DNA of 64,000 nt from Piromyces finnis finn (lineage: Eukaryota; Fungi; Neocallimastigomycota). Made by a program: the position numbers and the translations under genes. This document shows, piece after piece, positions 33,864-47,597 of this stretch. The stretch is taken from positions 930,001 to 994,000 of the forward strand of contig MCFH01000003.1 in NCBI GenBank assembly GCA_002104945.1, in the 5' to 3' direction. Numbering within the stretch: the stretch's first letter is position 1; the number at the start of each line of letters is the position of its first letter. The notes under the pieces were generated by a model. It ran no database searches. It was not told where the DNA came from and was given only the letters and a program-made list of their open reading frames with translations.

Positions 33864-36796
33864 AAAAACAGATTATAAAATTTTACAATAAAACATAAAA
33901 CACGAAATAAATAAAAAGAAACAAGAAAAACAAAATCTATTTAAAAATATCTCTTTTATTAATTTTATTTAGTTATTAACTAAATAATAGTCAATAACAA
34001 TTACATCGTTTTAATCAAGAAATTTTACATGTATTTATATTTTTTGTAAATTATATTTTAATATACTATTCTATTTAATTATACATATATTCAATATAAA
34101 ATAAACAAAACTAATTTAATACTAATTTAATTAAATAATAAAATAATAAAACTAAACTAAAACTAATTAAATACACTTTTGATTCAATTTGAGTAAACTG
34201 CAAATTGAATACAGTCCATGTATTACCTATATATTAATTAAATATTAACAATACTATTTATTATATATTTATAATTAAAAATGCTAATTTAAAACTACGC
34301 TAAAGTGACCCTTAGCGTGGCAAGTTAAACTGCTGAACATAATACTTTGGTGTTCAGATATACTTGATAATTGGGGAAGATAATCAATTATTTTCTTTCC
34401 GCTAATTAATTTAGTGATTATAAAGAAATTAATTACGTTACTTCCTTTTATTAAATTTTTAAATTTAATATTAACCATCGGGTATATTTGTAGCTTACCA
34501 TCAAAGAGCTACAAGGGATTTTCACTTAAAATTACACAACCTATTATACTTGATGGTTTAACATTATATAGGTTGGTCTATATTTTTGTAAAAAGAAATA
34601 AATTTTTAATAATTAAAAAAAAAAAAATTTTTTTTGGTTCCCAGTAATTTAATATTGCTAATTGAAATATACTTTTCTTACTGTTTTTAAGTTAAACAGG
34701 TTATATCAGCATAGACAAGCCTTATTAACTAAACAACAGAGGTATAGTAGGGGTGGTAGAAAGATCCTGAAGCACGTGATGGAACTAAGATCGTGTGAAT
34801 AGGGTGACGGCAACCTTCACCATCGGATGAAAGACTCTTAGTTAATAGTCTATTATATATAACTTGGTCGGTAATTTAAAGCAGTAATAACAGTATTAAA
34901 TTAAGTTTCTTATTAATAGATTAATAAAATAAAAATAATAATTAAGTAAACTCTAAAAGAAAAAGAACAAGGAAGATAAAGAAAAATATAGTACTTTTAT
35001 CATACGACTGAATTAGGATAGTAAGGAGTGATAATATTTTTTTACAAATAATTGGTAGTGCGTGTTGTGCTAAATCATTTGTATCCAAATCTATCAAGTG
35101 GTCGATAAAGGAACTTCGAGCTTGATTATAAATAATAAATAGTCGATAAAGGAATTTCGAACTTATAAAATTTTTTTTTTAGACTGTCAAAAGGGATTTT
35201 TGAGTCTATACTGTTTCATCTGGTACTATAATCTATTCAGTCAAAGAAAAATAAAAGTGTAATATTTTAAGGGAATCGAAAAGTTATTAATAAAAATTAA
35301 AAAAAGAAAATGAGGAATTCTACTTGAAGAATCGATTTTAAAGAATTAAAGAAGGAACTCAAGGATATAGAAAAGCTTCCAAAGATAATTTGGACATAAA
35401 ATCCTGGGCTTCTGAAATACATTTATGTATTGAACTTCAAGACATCACTAGTGCAAAGGAAATTTATGTGGCATGTGTCCTTACTTCTAAAGGTGAACCC
35501 AGAAAGGTAATACAAGGGTTAGAAGAAAAGGATAGTGATAGTGAAGATGACTATGAAAGTGAAAATGAAGAAGAAAACCAAGAAAATGAATCTAATGAAG
35601 AAGATTATCACTCACTTGGGAAAATTATCAATGCCCTTGAAACATTTTATGGGTTAAAAGAAAAATCAAAGTATGTTATTACGGGAACTAAGAAGACTAC
35701 GTATAAGAAGAAATGAATCAGTTAAAGATTTCAATAGAAGATATAGATCTTTATATTTAAAGTTGGATAAGAAAAAGAAGAAGCAGATTAGTGTGTTAGA
35801 TTATGCAGATTTTTTACAAAATAATAAAGAAGCATGGAGAAAAGTATCTTTAAAATATGATATCACCCTAGAAAAGACCTTTAAGATAGCTGAGAGGGTA
35901 GATAGGTTATCTATGTAATATTGACACTAAAAGAATAGATTAGGATATCTATTCTATTACAATAACACTAAATTTAAAATAAAAATAAAAATTGTTTTAT
36001 TAAAAAATATCTTTTATTATAATAGAAATTTTATTAATAACAATTACATTGATAAAATGATGAAAAATATCTTCTATTTATATTTTTCTTAAATACATTT
36101 ATATTATATTATAACTATTTATTTCTTATATATTATTATTTAAAATCTACACTAAAATCTTAATTATTAATAAATATTTTAACTATAACTATTTTTAGTA
36201 AAATACAATTTGCAATTCAAATTAAGTACTATTCAATTTGAATATGTGCCCATGTATTATTGATATATTAATTATTTATTATTTATATACTATTTATCTA
36301 TTTCTATAAAAAAACAATACTAAAACTAGGGATTTAAATTGAGAATTTCAATTTACTTGTTAAACATTAAAAATAAATTAATAATTTATTTTGTTTTAAA
36401 TTTTAATTATTAATAAATAAATTATGTCTCATTTTCTTTTTCTGAATATAATTTGTGTAACTTAAATAATAATACTTGTGGCTAAAGTTACATTAAAAAT
36501 ATCAAGCTGAGGCGTTTGATATCTTTACAATCTACTAGAATAGATAATGATGGTAATATACCAACGACTACTGCAATAACCAAAAGTTATAATCATTTTC
36601 AACCATATAAGAGAAAAGTTTCTTTTACTGAAGCCAAAAAGCCTAATAAAGATGATGAAATGAATAACTTAGTCAAGAAAATGAAGAATTTAACTATTAA
36701 AGCTTGTTTCTTCTGTATTGAACCTGGTCATTATCAACAAAATTGCCCAAAACTTCAAGCCATTATTGAAGGAAAAAAGAAGCGTTATTATGATAA

Positions 36797-39760
36797 TCAT
36801 TTAAATCATTAAGTGTGAGAAGAAGTACTCCTATCGTCAATAAAATAGCTTCAGCTCAGTATCAGTCAATGTCAAGTGAAGAAACAACAAGCCAGAGTGA
36901 TTGGTCGAAAGAAGAATATGATGAAGAAATCGAAAGTGACTTTGAAGATACTGATATTAATGAAAATTTCTTTGTATGCGCTAATAAAAGAAAGTTAGAT
37001 AAAATAAGCAAAGAACAAGATGATAATAAAGAAAAACGACTTCACAAAAACTTGAAAAATGATCCTAGACCTATTCTTACACCTGATCTTAGGAAATGTA
37101 AATCACAAGAATTAGAAAATATACCAATAGATGTTTCTTCTAAGCAACTGCATCCTTCTATTATTGCTCAACCGAATATCAGAGAACAAAAACTAAAAGA
37201 AAAAAAACTTCGGGATAAAGAGCGTGCCAGTAGCAGTGAACAAAAGGAAGAAGAAAAGAATGAATTGGCAAGTTCTAATGAAGATCCTATTATTATCGAC
37301 TATGATGAAGAAGAAATGTTATCTGCAATTACAGATAAGAAAGGTGCTAAGGTGGTAGGGAAAGATAACTCAAGTGAATCAACCAAATCTACTTCTAATT
37401 CAACTCTAAATAAATTAATGAAAGATCAAAAGAAAGAAAAACCTGCAGAACCGAAGGTTAAGAAAACTGCTAGAAATATCCAGATGATAGCAGATACGGA
37501 AGAATATAATGTAGTTAAAGATCTTAACGAAACAAAATGCAATATTACTTTTGGTCAATTACTTAACTCGGCTTCAAAGTTACGAACGCAAGTGTCACAA
37601 GGTCTTAAACTGGAAAAGAACAACACAAAAATTGTGGGAACTCTGGAGAATTTTAAGGCTACTTCGGTATTAGTAAATAATGTAGATCATTCGTATGTAA
37701 GCAAAAGTAAAGAAGTATCAGAAGAAGATATCGCTATGGTAGATGCAACGGTTGATGGGGTACCAGGTAAATTATTAGTTGATTCTTGTAGCAACTTAAG
37801 TATTATAACAAAAAAATATTTAGATAAACTTCCCCATCAATATGAATCTATTGGATTGAGTTGTGGAAGAATACGTTTAGCTACTAAAAATGATGACTAT
37901 TCGGAAGGCATAATTATTAGAGTACCGATCCAGATAAATGATCTTACAATCACTGCTGATTTTAGAGTGGTGGATAAAGAAGACCCCTTTTATGATATGT
38001 TAATTAATTTGAAAACCCAAATGGATAACAACTTATTTATCCACCCACTTCGCTATAGTCTTTGCAGATTTAACTCAAATGGATTTATTGAAGATATTGC
38101 TCCAATTAATAACAAATATGATGATGAAGAAAAGATTATGTGTATGATACGTAGAGTCGGTGATGAAGATTTTAAAAGTGATTTGAAAAATATTGAAGGT
38201 TTACCACCTTCAAAATATATTCACAATAAAAATTTTACTGAGACTCTTAATGAAAAGTATCGAGAACAAATTGTTCGGATATTGGAAGAGAATATTGAAA
38301 TTATTGCTACTTCTTCTGAAGAACTAACATCTTCGAATTTAACTCCCCATAAGATTAATTTAAAGCCAGGAGCAAAGCCAATTAAACAAAGATCATATAG
38401 GTTAGCCAAGTTCAAATCTGATATACTTAAGGAAGAATTGTCTAAATTGATTAATAAAAAGCTAATTGAGCCATCGTACTCGGAATGGTCTTCTCCAGTG
38501 GTTTTGGTTCCGAAGCATAATGGGAAATGGAGAATGTGCGTGGACTATCGAAGAGTTAATGATTTGTCTGAAAAGGATGCCTATTCAATTCCTTTTATAG
38601 ATGAGATATTTGATAGTTTACATGGTGCAACTATATTCACTACTATGGACTTATATTCCGGCTATCATCAAATCCTTATGGATGAAGAAAGCGTTGAATT
38701 GACAAGTTTTACAACTAAGTTTGGTAATTACCAATTCAAGGTTATGCCTTTTGGTCTCACTGGAGCACCCGCTACATTTCAGAGGGAGATGAATCGGATT
38801 CTGTTTCCGTTAATTGGAAAGTGTGTTTATAACTTCATTGATGATATTCTGATCTATTCAAAGAGTATTGAAGAACATATTGAACATATAAATCAAGTTT
38901 TAGCAATTTTCCGGAAAAACAAACTAAAAATCAATATTGAAAAATGTCATTTTATGCAAACTGAAGTTGACGTGTTAGGCCATCGTTTAACTACAGAAGG
39001 TCTTAAACCATTAGATAACAAAATCCAAGCTATAAAAAATTGGAAACCTCCTTCGAATATCCATGAATTAAGATCATTCCTAGGTTCAATTGGATATTAT
39101 AGAGATTTTATTCCTAATTATGCTAAACTTACTGCTCCCTTGTGTAAGTTGCTTAGAAAAGGTGTTCCTTTCAAATGGTGTAATGAACAACAAGAGAGTT
39201 TTATTATATTGAAAGAAAAGTTAATTAATGCGCCTATTCTGAAATTCCCTGATTTTGAGAAAGAATTTATAATCCGAACAGATGCATCGTATGAAGGAAT
39301 CGGAGGAGTATTATTACAAAAGGAAGGTACCGATATTGAACATCCAATTCATTATATTAGCCGAAGTCTGACGAAAGCAGAAAAAAATTATGGAATTACT
39401 GACTTGGAAGGGACTGCCTTATTTTACTGCATTACTAAATTAAAGCCTTATATAATGGGAAGTCCATTCAAGACTATCGTCTATACTGATCATAAACCAT
39501 TAATTGGATTATTTAAAAATAAGGAGTCAAACAATGCAAGACAAACAAGATGGTGTTTAACAGCTAGTATGCTAGGAGTTGATATTCGTTATGAACAAGG
39601 TAAAAAGAATGTTGTAGCAGATGCACTGTCTCGAATGAGAAATGACAAAGATAAGGAAGTGTTAGCTACTAAAATTAATAAAGGTATAGAAGAAACCATG
39701 CTATCTAAGGTAATTAAAGAATTTGTTGAAGAAAAGTTCACCAAATGTAAAAGTTTATAA
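36797..39760 (+). CDS. pol: Truncated Pol (PR-RT-RH), unit 2
   Basis: Same translation as unit 1. Confidence 0.85.
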   Translation, partial: SFKSLSVRRSTPIVNKIASAQYQSMSSEETTSQSDWSKEEYDEEIESDFEDTDINENFFVCANKRKLDKISKEQDDNKEKRLHKNLKNDPRPILTPDLRKCKSQELENIPIDVSSKQLHPSIIAQPNIREQKLKEKKLRDKERASSSEQKEEEKNELASSNEDPIIIDYDEEEMLSAITDKKGAKVVGKDNSSESTKSTSNSTLNKLMKDQKKEKPAEPKVKKTARNIQMIADTEEYNVVKDLNETKCNITFGQLLNSASKLRTQVSQGLKLEKNNTKIVGTLENFKATSVLVNNVDHSYVSKSKEVSEEDIAMVDATVDGVPGKLLVDSCSNLSIITKKYLDKLPHQYESIGLSCGRIRLATKNDDYSEGIIIRVPIQINDLTITADFRVVDKEDPFYDMLINLKTQMDNNLFIHPLRYSLCRFNSNGFIEDIAPINNKYDDEEKIMCMIRRVGDEDFKSDLKNIEGLPPSKYIHNKNFTETLNEKYREQIVRILEENIEIIATSSEELTSSNLTPHKINLKPGAKPIKQRSYRLAKFKSDILKEELSKLINKKLIEPSYSEWSSPVVLVPKHNGKWRMCVDYRRVNDLSEKDAYSIPFIDEIFDSLHGATIFTTMDLYSGYHQILMDEESVELTSFTTKFGNYQFKVMPFGLTGAPATFQREMNRILFPLIGKCVYNFIDDILIYSKSIEEHIEHINQVLAIFRKNKLKINIEKCHFMQTEVDVLGHRLTTEGLKPLDNKIQAIKNWKPPSNIHELRSFLGSIGYYRDFIPNYAKLTAPLCKLLRKGVPFKWCNEQQESFIILKEKLINAPILKFPDFEKEFIIRTDASYEGIGGVLLQKEGTDIEHPIHYISRSLTKAEKNYGITDLEGTALFYCITKLKPYIMGSPFKTIVYTDHKPLIGLFKNKESNNARQTRWCLTASMLGVDIRYEQGKKNVVADALSRMRNDKDKEVLATKINKGIEETMLSKVIKEFVEEKFTKCKSL

Positions 39761-40483
39761 AAAAACAGATTATAAAATTTTACAATAAAACATAAAACAC
39801 GAAATAAATAAAAAGAAACAAGAAAAACAAAATCTATTTAAAAATATCTCTTTTATTAATTTTATTTAGTTATTAACTAAATAATAGTCAATAACAATTA
39901 CATCGTTTTAATCAAGAAATTTTACATGTATTTATATTTTTTGTAAATTATATTTTAATATACTATTCTATTTAATTATACATATATTCAATATAAAATA
40001 AACAAAACTAATTTAATACTAATTTAATTAAATAATAAAATAATAAAACTAAACTAAAACTAATTAAATACACTTTTGATTCAATTTGAGTAAACTGCAA
40101 ATTGAATACAGTCCATGTATTACCTATATATTAATTAAATATTAACAATACTATTTATTATATATTTATAATTAAAAATGCTAATTTAAAACTACGCTAA
40201 AGTTATTAAACTAATTTTAATTAAATAAAAACTTTTTAAGATTTAATTTGAATATTTAAAATATTTAAATTTAATTATCCATTAATTTAAACATTTATCC
40301 AAATTTCATTTGTAACTTTGATATTTTAAAATTAATCTTTATTTAATTATTCCATAAAATTTATACAATAAATTTTATAAACAATTTTTTTTTTTTTTTT
40401 TTTTTATTAAAATATCAAAATTATTATTCAATAATTACTAATTAATTATTAAATAATTTAAAGATATACTTTATATCTTTACA
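39746..40483. mobile_element. Solo LTR-I (738 bp) between RNase H and integrase
   Basis: TGTAAAAG...CTTTACA with TSD CCAAA (39741-39745, 40484-40488); removal restores EEKFTKIDG. Confidence 0.9.
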
Positions 40484-41596
40484 CCAAAATAGATGGGGTG
40501 TATTACTTTATTGATGGAAGGAATTATCGAAAACTGATCACGGAAACCAATGAAAAGCTGAGATTGATTTTGGAAGCTCATAACATTGGACATGAAGGAT
40601 ATTATAAAACTTATCAACGTCTGAGAAAAAGCTATTATTGGAACGACATGGTTAATGATATTCGAAGAGTTGTAGCCAAATGTGAAAAATGCCAACTTAA
40701 TCGCCCTCAACCATATCCAGAACCTACGGAAAATCTTCCAACTGAGGTTGAAGCTCCTTTCACTCATCTGGGTTTAGATATCATTGGTCCATTGGTAAAA
40801 ACTCGTAACAATAACCAATATATTATAGTTGCAGTGGATCATTTCACAAAATGGGTCGAAGCAGAACCCACCGAAAATATCACTTCAAAGGATGTCATAA
40901 AATTTTTAATCAATGTTTTCTCTCGGCATGGAGTACCACAAGTCATTACAACCGATAACGGTGTCCAATTTACCTCAGATATGACCAAAGTTTTCCTGGA
41001 CTTATGATGTCTATGTCAAGTTTGTCTCAACTTATCATCCTGAAAGTAATGGTTTGACTGAAAATAGAAACAAAGAAATTGGAAAGCTTCTAAGACTGCT
41101 TGGAACAGAAAACAAGGATTGGGATGAAGTTTTGCCTTCTGCTCTTTGGGCGCTCAGAACTACTAAAAATACTGTCACAAACCACTCTAGTTTTGAATTA
41201 GTTTGTGGAAGCGAAGATCAGCAACCCTTTGATATTGCCGCCAGACCTACTAAGGGTATTAATCAGTCTTCGGATGAAATCTTACTTGAGAAGTTTATTA
41301 ATCATTACAGGTGGACGTTGGAAGCTTGTGAAAATATTAAAAATGCGAATAAATACTGGGCTACTAGAAGGGAAGAAAAACAAAGTATGACTAAGGGCAA
41401 AAATATCCATATCGGTGATCTAGTATTAGTTAGAAATTTTAATCGAACGAAGTTAGAGCCTTATTTCGTTGGACCACTCAAAGTTGTCAAGAAACAATTC
41501 AATACGGTTACTTTAGCGGATATATCCACTGGAATTCAGATGAACCGAAATGTTCATCTTAAGAACATTGTAAAGTTTAACTCTGCTTTTGCGTAA
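40484..41596 (+). pseudogene. pol: Integrase portion of element 3 with a frameshift near 41005
   Basis: ORFs 40498-41007 and 41054-41596 match element 1 integrase. Confidence 0.9.
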
Positions 41597-41812
41597 GCAA
41601 AAGTCTTCGTGGGGGCACTTGTTAAGGAATCAACAAATAATGTTACTCTTGTCATAATTAATGCTTATGACCTAATCCATTATTGTTTCTAAATGTATGA
41701 AAACTTTACAATATTCTTATTTGTAAATTAATGTATACACTTAAATTATATTTAAAATTATTAATAATTATTTTTATTGAACTTAAAAATTAATTTAGTA
41801 ATAATAATATAT

Positions 41813-42177
41813 CAGTAATTTAATATTGCTAATTGAAATATACTTTTCTTACTGTTTTTAAGTTAAACAGGTTATATCAGAATAGACAAGCCTTATTAAC
41901 TTAACAACAAAGGTATAATAGGGGTGGTAGAAAGATCCTGAAGCACGTGACGGAACTAAGATCGTGTGAATAGGGTGACGGCAACCTTTACCATCGGATG
42001 AAAGACTCTTAGTTATTAGTCTATTATATATAACTTGGTCGGTAATTTAAAACAGTAATAACAATATTAAATTAAGTTTCTTATTGATAAATTAATAAAA
42101 TAAAAATAATAATTAAGTAAATTCTAAAAGAAAGAGAAAAAGGAAGATAAAGAAAAATATAGTACTTTTATCATACG
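41813..42177 (+). mobile_element. Extra fragment of the element 1 family leader fused to the truncated 3' LTR
   Basis: Homologous to about 28746-29108. Confidence 0.8.
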
Positions 42178-43541
42178 TGTAATGTTTTTATTAGATAAAT
42201 AATAATATTATTATTTTATCAATAAAAACTAAATTTTACCACAATAGGTATACACTAAAATAGGTAATTTGTTTTTTTTAGAAAAATAATTTTTTATTAA
42301 TAAAAATCTGGAAATTAATTTTATTTATTAATTAGTATTTGTAATACTTTAAATTACTTATTTCTAATTAATAAAAACACAAAGAAAATTTTTTGATAAA
42401 AAATTCACTCGTATTTATATTTTTTATAAAAATTTTTTGAATTTTAAAGAATTAATTTCATTATATAAAAATAGAAAAATAAAATAATTTTTTAATTTTT
42501 TTTAGAATATTCTTAAGTTCTTTAAATTAATTGATAAAAATTCGAGAACTACAATAATTGCTTCATTAATGTATTTATATTTTGTAATAATAAAAATTAT
42601 TTATAAAATTGATATCAGGTTGAGTCGAACCCAGAATGTTCAAATTGATAATTCTAGTTTTGACTATTGAATCAATATAGCTATTTAACTATTTTATGGA
42701 TTCGTTACAATTGTAAAATATTGTGTATTAATAGAATAATGTATTAATACGTATTTAAAATAATGTATAATGTATTAAATTAATGTACCGTAAATTTTTA
42801 TAAAATTTATATCACAATACATTAACATAAATTTATGTAAATTTTATTTTTTAATTACAAAAATTTATATCACAATACATTAACATAAATTTATGTAAAA
42901 TTTAATTTTATGATAAGATAAAGTTTTTGATGATAAAATAAAATTTTAAATTAAATAATTTTTAACCAATAAATATTTTAGATAATAAAAAATTTTTTTA
43001 TAAACTAAGCCTCAAAATTAGAAATAAATAAATTAAATATATGTTTGAGATATAATCAATCATATAGTAAATAAATCAAAACTTTATTTAAAGTTTAGAA
43101 AATTCTTTAGTAAATAAATTGAATTTAAATAGTTTAATACAAATAATTTCTTTTAATAAATGTATAAATGTAAACAATGTAAAATTATAATATTAAAACA
43201 TGTATATTAGAATTTATTCAATTTATTTAAAAAGTATAAATAAAGAAAATTTTTCAACTATTGAAACGATAGTTGGAAAATCGTATAGGTTAATTTTGTT
43301 TAGATAAATTAACATTAGTTTATAATTAGTTTAGTTTTTTTTTGAATAATGAAAATTATTAATTGATTACCTAGCGAGGGCTCTGGTAAAATAACCTTCA
43401 CGGTAAAGTAATCAACGGTTGTTTTAGTTTAGTTTGTTTAAAATAATTTAATAAATAAAATATAATAATTAAAAATAATTTAAAGTTTAGTTTAGTCTAT
43501 TAAGTGTATACAAACCTGAAATTAGTTTAGTTTATTTTACA

Positions 43542-44393
43542 TTTATTATAAAATATAATAAAGAAAAATACTTATATGATTTAGACACTTAGGCGAAAAA
43601 GGGTTAAAAATGTTTTTTAAGAATTTATTATTTTGTTATAAATTTTATTTGTTATTTCTTTATATAATGTAAAGATATCAAACGCCTCAACTTGATATCT
43701 TTAATGTAATTTAAGCCACAAGTATTATTGTTTAAGTTACACAATTTATATTACAGAAAAAGAAAATGAGACATAATTTATTTATTAATAATTAAAATTC
43801 AAAACAAAATAAATTATTAATTTATTTTTAATGTTTAACAAGTAAATTGAAATTCTCAATTTAAATCCCTAGTTTTAGTATTGTTTTTTCATAGAAATAA
43901 AGAAATAATATATAAATAATAAATGATTAATATATCAATAATACATGGGCACATATTCAAATTGAATAATACTTAATTTGAATTGCCAATTGTATTTTAC
44001 TAAAAATAGTTATAGTTTAAATATTTATTAATAATTAAGATTTTAGTGTAGATTTTAAATAATAATATAAGAAATAAATAGTTATAATATAATATAAATA
44101 TATTTAGGAAAAATATAAATAGAAGATATTTTTCATCATTTTATCGATGTAATTGTTATTAATAAAATTTCTATTATAATAAAAGATATTTTTTAATAAA
44201 CCAATTATTATTTTTTATTTTTAATTTTAGTGTTATTGTAATAGAATAGATATCCTAATCTATTCTTTCTGTGTCACCATTATATATAAAAATTTATAAC
44301 AAAATAATAAATTCTTAAAAAACATTTTTAACCCTTTTTCGCCTAAGTGTCTAAATTATATATGTATTTTTCTTTATTATATTTTATAATAAA
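43542..44393. repeat. 105-bp inverted repeat arms (43542-43646, 44289-44393) around LTR-J
   Basis: TTAGACACTTAGGCGAAAAAGGGTTAAAAATG pairs with CATTTTTAACCCTTTTTCGCCTAAGTGTCTAA. Confidence 0.85.
43668..44284. mobile_element. Solo LTR-J, inverted copy (617 bp)
   Basis: Reverse complement of 30017-30632; TSD TATAA at 43663-43667 and 44285-44289. Confidence 0.85.
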
Positions 44394-44585
44394 CTCCATT
44401 TAGTGTTGTAAAAATTTAATTTTAGTTTAGTTTTTTAAAGAGTTCCTGACAATAATAAATCTTCTTTAGTTAATAGTATAATTGATAATCAATACGAAAA
44501 TATATATAATAATAAATAATATTAAAAAAATTTTATAATCATATATTATATTTTTATACATTTACTTTATTTCTTTTGCTTTATT

Positions 44586-46887
44586 ATGAATAATATTTCC
44601 ATTTTAGATACCCAAATCTCTTTAGGAAAAGAGAGTACTGACAGTACTATAATTAGTAACAGTGGTAATGAATCTGCAAAGTTAATCTCCGCTATAACTG
44701 AGTATATCCCTACATTCTTTTCAAATGGGGTTTTAGCTCATGAAAAGAAGAAAGGGCAAAATCTAAACATTCATGAGACCTTGAGTCAATGCGAGCTGTT
44801 CTTTAATGATCATCTTCATTCATTTACAACTGACAAAAATAAATGCTCCTTTATCATTCACAAACTTTATGGCCATTCGAAATTATGGGGTCTGTCACTT
44901 AAGTCTGATGGTACATTTGGGTCGATCGGATATGAGAAATTTAAATCATTATTACTTGACAACTTCGGTGATAGTGATGAACAAAGATACTCCTTGATTG
45001 AACAACTGATAGGAACAAAACAGCGTACATTAGGAAAAGCTGCCTACTATATTATAGAGTTCAGAAGACTTGCAAGCCGGATTGGATGTAATGACAAAGT
45101 ATACATTGATCTGATACAAAGAGGACTATTGGAAGAGGTACGCAAAGAATACGGCAAAAATAAAAAACCTGAAACCTTATTTGAAGCCACGAACATGATT
45201 ATTACTCTGGACAAAAAATGTTTCTTTGAAAGTGGTATTAAATTGAAGAATAGAAACAAATTTGATAATAGAAATAATAAGAGGAAATTCCTTGATAAAA
45301 GTAATGATTACAAATATCAAAACCACAAAAAACACAAATTTCACACACTGTTATCTGCAAACTTTACACCAAATAAAACAAATATGATGACGTGTACTTT
45401 CATCTTGACCACTAACAATAAATACTTCAAAATAAAGTTCTTAATAGACTCAGGATCAGCAAGAAGCTATATATGTAGAGACTTCGTAAGATCAAACAGA
45501 ATCCCTTACTCTGGTTTGCCTTCTTCAGTCAGTATTTAGTTACCTAACAATAAAACAATGAACATTACTCATGTCACAAAGTCACTTAAATTATGTTTTT
45601 TAGACCATTCGGAAGTAATAGAATTTTATATAGCTAACCTCCAACTACAAGGCATTTCTGGAATCTTGGGAAGAGATTAGCTAAATATTTATAAACCTTA
45701 TATCAATTTCGAGAAGAATTCAATTTATTTTTTAGAGAAATATTGCATTAACCACTGTCCATCTTCAAAGGGTAATAAATTTGTATTTCATAATGAGAAA
45801 GAATATACTGCATCAATGATCCCAGATGATACTTTGGTATATGATAATCTTTTTCAAGAAGATACTGAGATAGCCTAACAAGAAATTTTTGCAGCAATTC
45901 CTGAAACTCCTGAAGTATACTCAAAGGATCAATAATTAAAAGAAAAAGAAGAAATTATTAGGAAATACTATCCAACATTACGTAAAGCTTTTGAAAAGAA
46001 AGAAGCTGATAAGCTTCCTCCCCACAGAAGTTATGATATGAAGATTGACTTAATCCCTGGAGGACAACTGTATTATGGACTAATTTATTCACTAACCAAC
46101 AACGAAATGGAAACCCTAAAGGAATATATAAAAGAAAATATGAAAAAAGGGTTTATCGGAAAATCGAGCTCTCCTGCCGGTGCTCCTGTTCTGTTCGTCA
46201 AAAAACATGATGGATCACTCAGGCTCTGCGTTGAATACAGAAAGTTAAATGCAATAACAGTACGGAATAGCTATCCGATTCCCCGAATCAACGATCTAAT
46301 CGAATCTTTTCAAGGATCAACCATATTCACACGTCTTGATCTTCGTTTGGCTTATAATCTCATAAGAATAAAATAAGGCCAAGAATATTTAACTGCATTT
46401 CGAACTCCAATAGGACATTATGAGTATTTAGTAATGCCCTTTGGATTAAGAAATGCACCATCAGTATTTCAGAGGTTCATACAAGACATATTCTCTGATG
46501 TCATTGGAAAATTCGTTCAAATCTACCTTGATGACATCATTATATATACAAAAAATAAAGAAGAACATATTAACAATGTAACTTATGTATTAAATAAATT
46601 AATTGAAAATGGCTTATACGCCAAACTAGAAAAATGCGAACTACATGTAGAAGAAACCAACTTTTTGGGATTTACCGTTTCTTCTAAAGGATTAACAATG
46701 GATAAGAATAAACTAAAATCTATTTTTGAATGGCCGATTCCTAGCAACCTTAAAAAACTACAGAGTTTTTTGGGGCTTTGAAATTTCTACAAAAGATTTA
46801 TCAAGGACTTCGCTTCAATTATGGAACCTCTTAGGCATCTTTTAAAGAAAATAATCAATTTATTTGGAGTAAAAAGGCTAGTGATGC
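44586..46887 (+). pseudogene. Degenerate Tf/chromovirus-like Gypsy gag-PR-RT, truncated by LTR-I
   Basis: Retrotransposon-gag-like ORF continuing in frame into FLIDSGSARSYI; SSSPAGAPVLFVKKHDGSLRLCVEY, MPFGLRNAP and IYLDDIIIY; several stops. Confidence 0.85.
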
Positions 46888-47597
46888 TGTAAAGATATAA
46901 AATATATCTTTAAATTATTTAATAATAATTTTGATATTTTAATGAAAAATTATTTATAAAATTTATTGTATAAATTTTATGGAATAATTAAATAAAAATT
47001 AATTTTAAAATATCAAAGTTAGAAATGAAAATTGGATAAATATTTAAATTAATGGATAATTAAATTTAAATATTTTTAATATTCAAATTAAATCTTAAAA
47101 AGTTTTTATTTAATTAAAATTAGTTTAATAACTTTAGCGTAGTTTTAAATTAACATTTTTAATAATAAATATATAATGAATAGTATGAATGTATTATTAA
47201 TGTTTAATTAATATATAGATAATACATGGACTGTATTTAATTTGTAGTTTACTCAAATGGAATCAAAAGTGTATTTAATTAGTTTTAGTTTAGTTTTATT
47301 ATTTTATTATTTAATTAAATTAGCATTAAATTAGTTTTGTTTATTTTATATTGAATATATATATAATTAAATAGTATATTAAAATATAATCTACAAAAAA
47401 TATAAATACATGTAAAATTTCTTGATTAAAACAATGTAATTGTTATTGACTATAATTTAGTTAATAACTAAATAAATTAATAAAAAGAGAATTTTAAATA
47501 TATTTTGTTTTCGTTTTTTTTATTTTTTTTATTTTATTTTGGTGTAGTTTTATTGTGAAATTTTATAATCTGTTTTAAATTTTATAAAACTTTTACA
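46888..47597. mobile_element. LTR-I copy, inverted, with non-matching flanks
   Basis: Reverse-complement homology to 39746-40483; flanks GATGC and ATAAC. Confidence 0.8.

Larger units (their letters stand above)
27952..39745 (+). repeat. Two near-identical tandem units of 5897 bp (27952-33848, 33849-39745)
   Basis: All ORFs recur at an offset of 5897. Unit = 458 bp of LTR-I, element-1-family leader, gag and PR-RT-RH. Confidence 0.95.
28405..41812 (+). mobile_element. Rearranged copy of the element 1 family (element 3), no 5' LTR, truncated 3' LTR at 41620-41812
   Basis: Leader, gag, pol and LTR start are near-identical to element 1; solo-LTR insertions in gag and pol. Confidence 0.9.

Noticed and set aside
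27952-41596. Repeat-induced point mutation as the cause of AT richness
   Set aside because: Elements 1 and 3 and the tandem units remain nearly identical, with long open frames and no dense C-to-T pattern.
42611-42685. B-box-like GGGTTCGACTC on the minus strand, possible tRNA relic
   Set aside because: No acceptor or anticodon stems can be formed.
42173-44496. Possible ATACG TSD defining a 2.3-kb insertion (ATACG-TG at 42173, CA-ATACG at 44492)
   Set aside because: The interrupted leader sequence does not resume after the second copy; probably chance.
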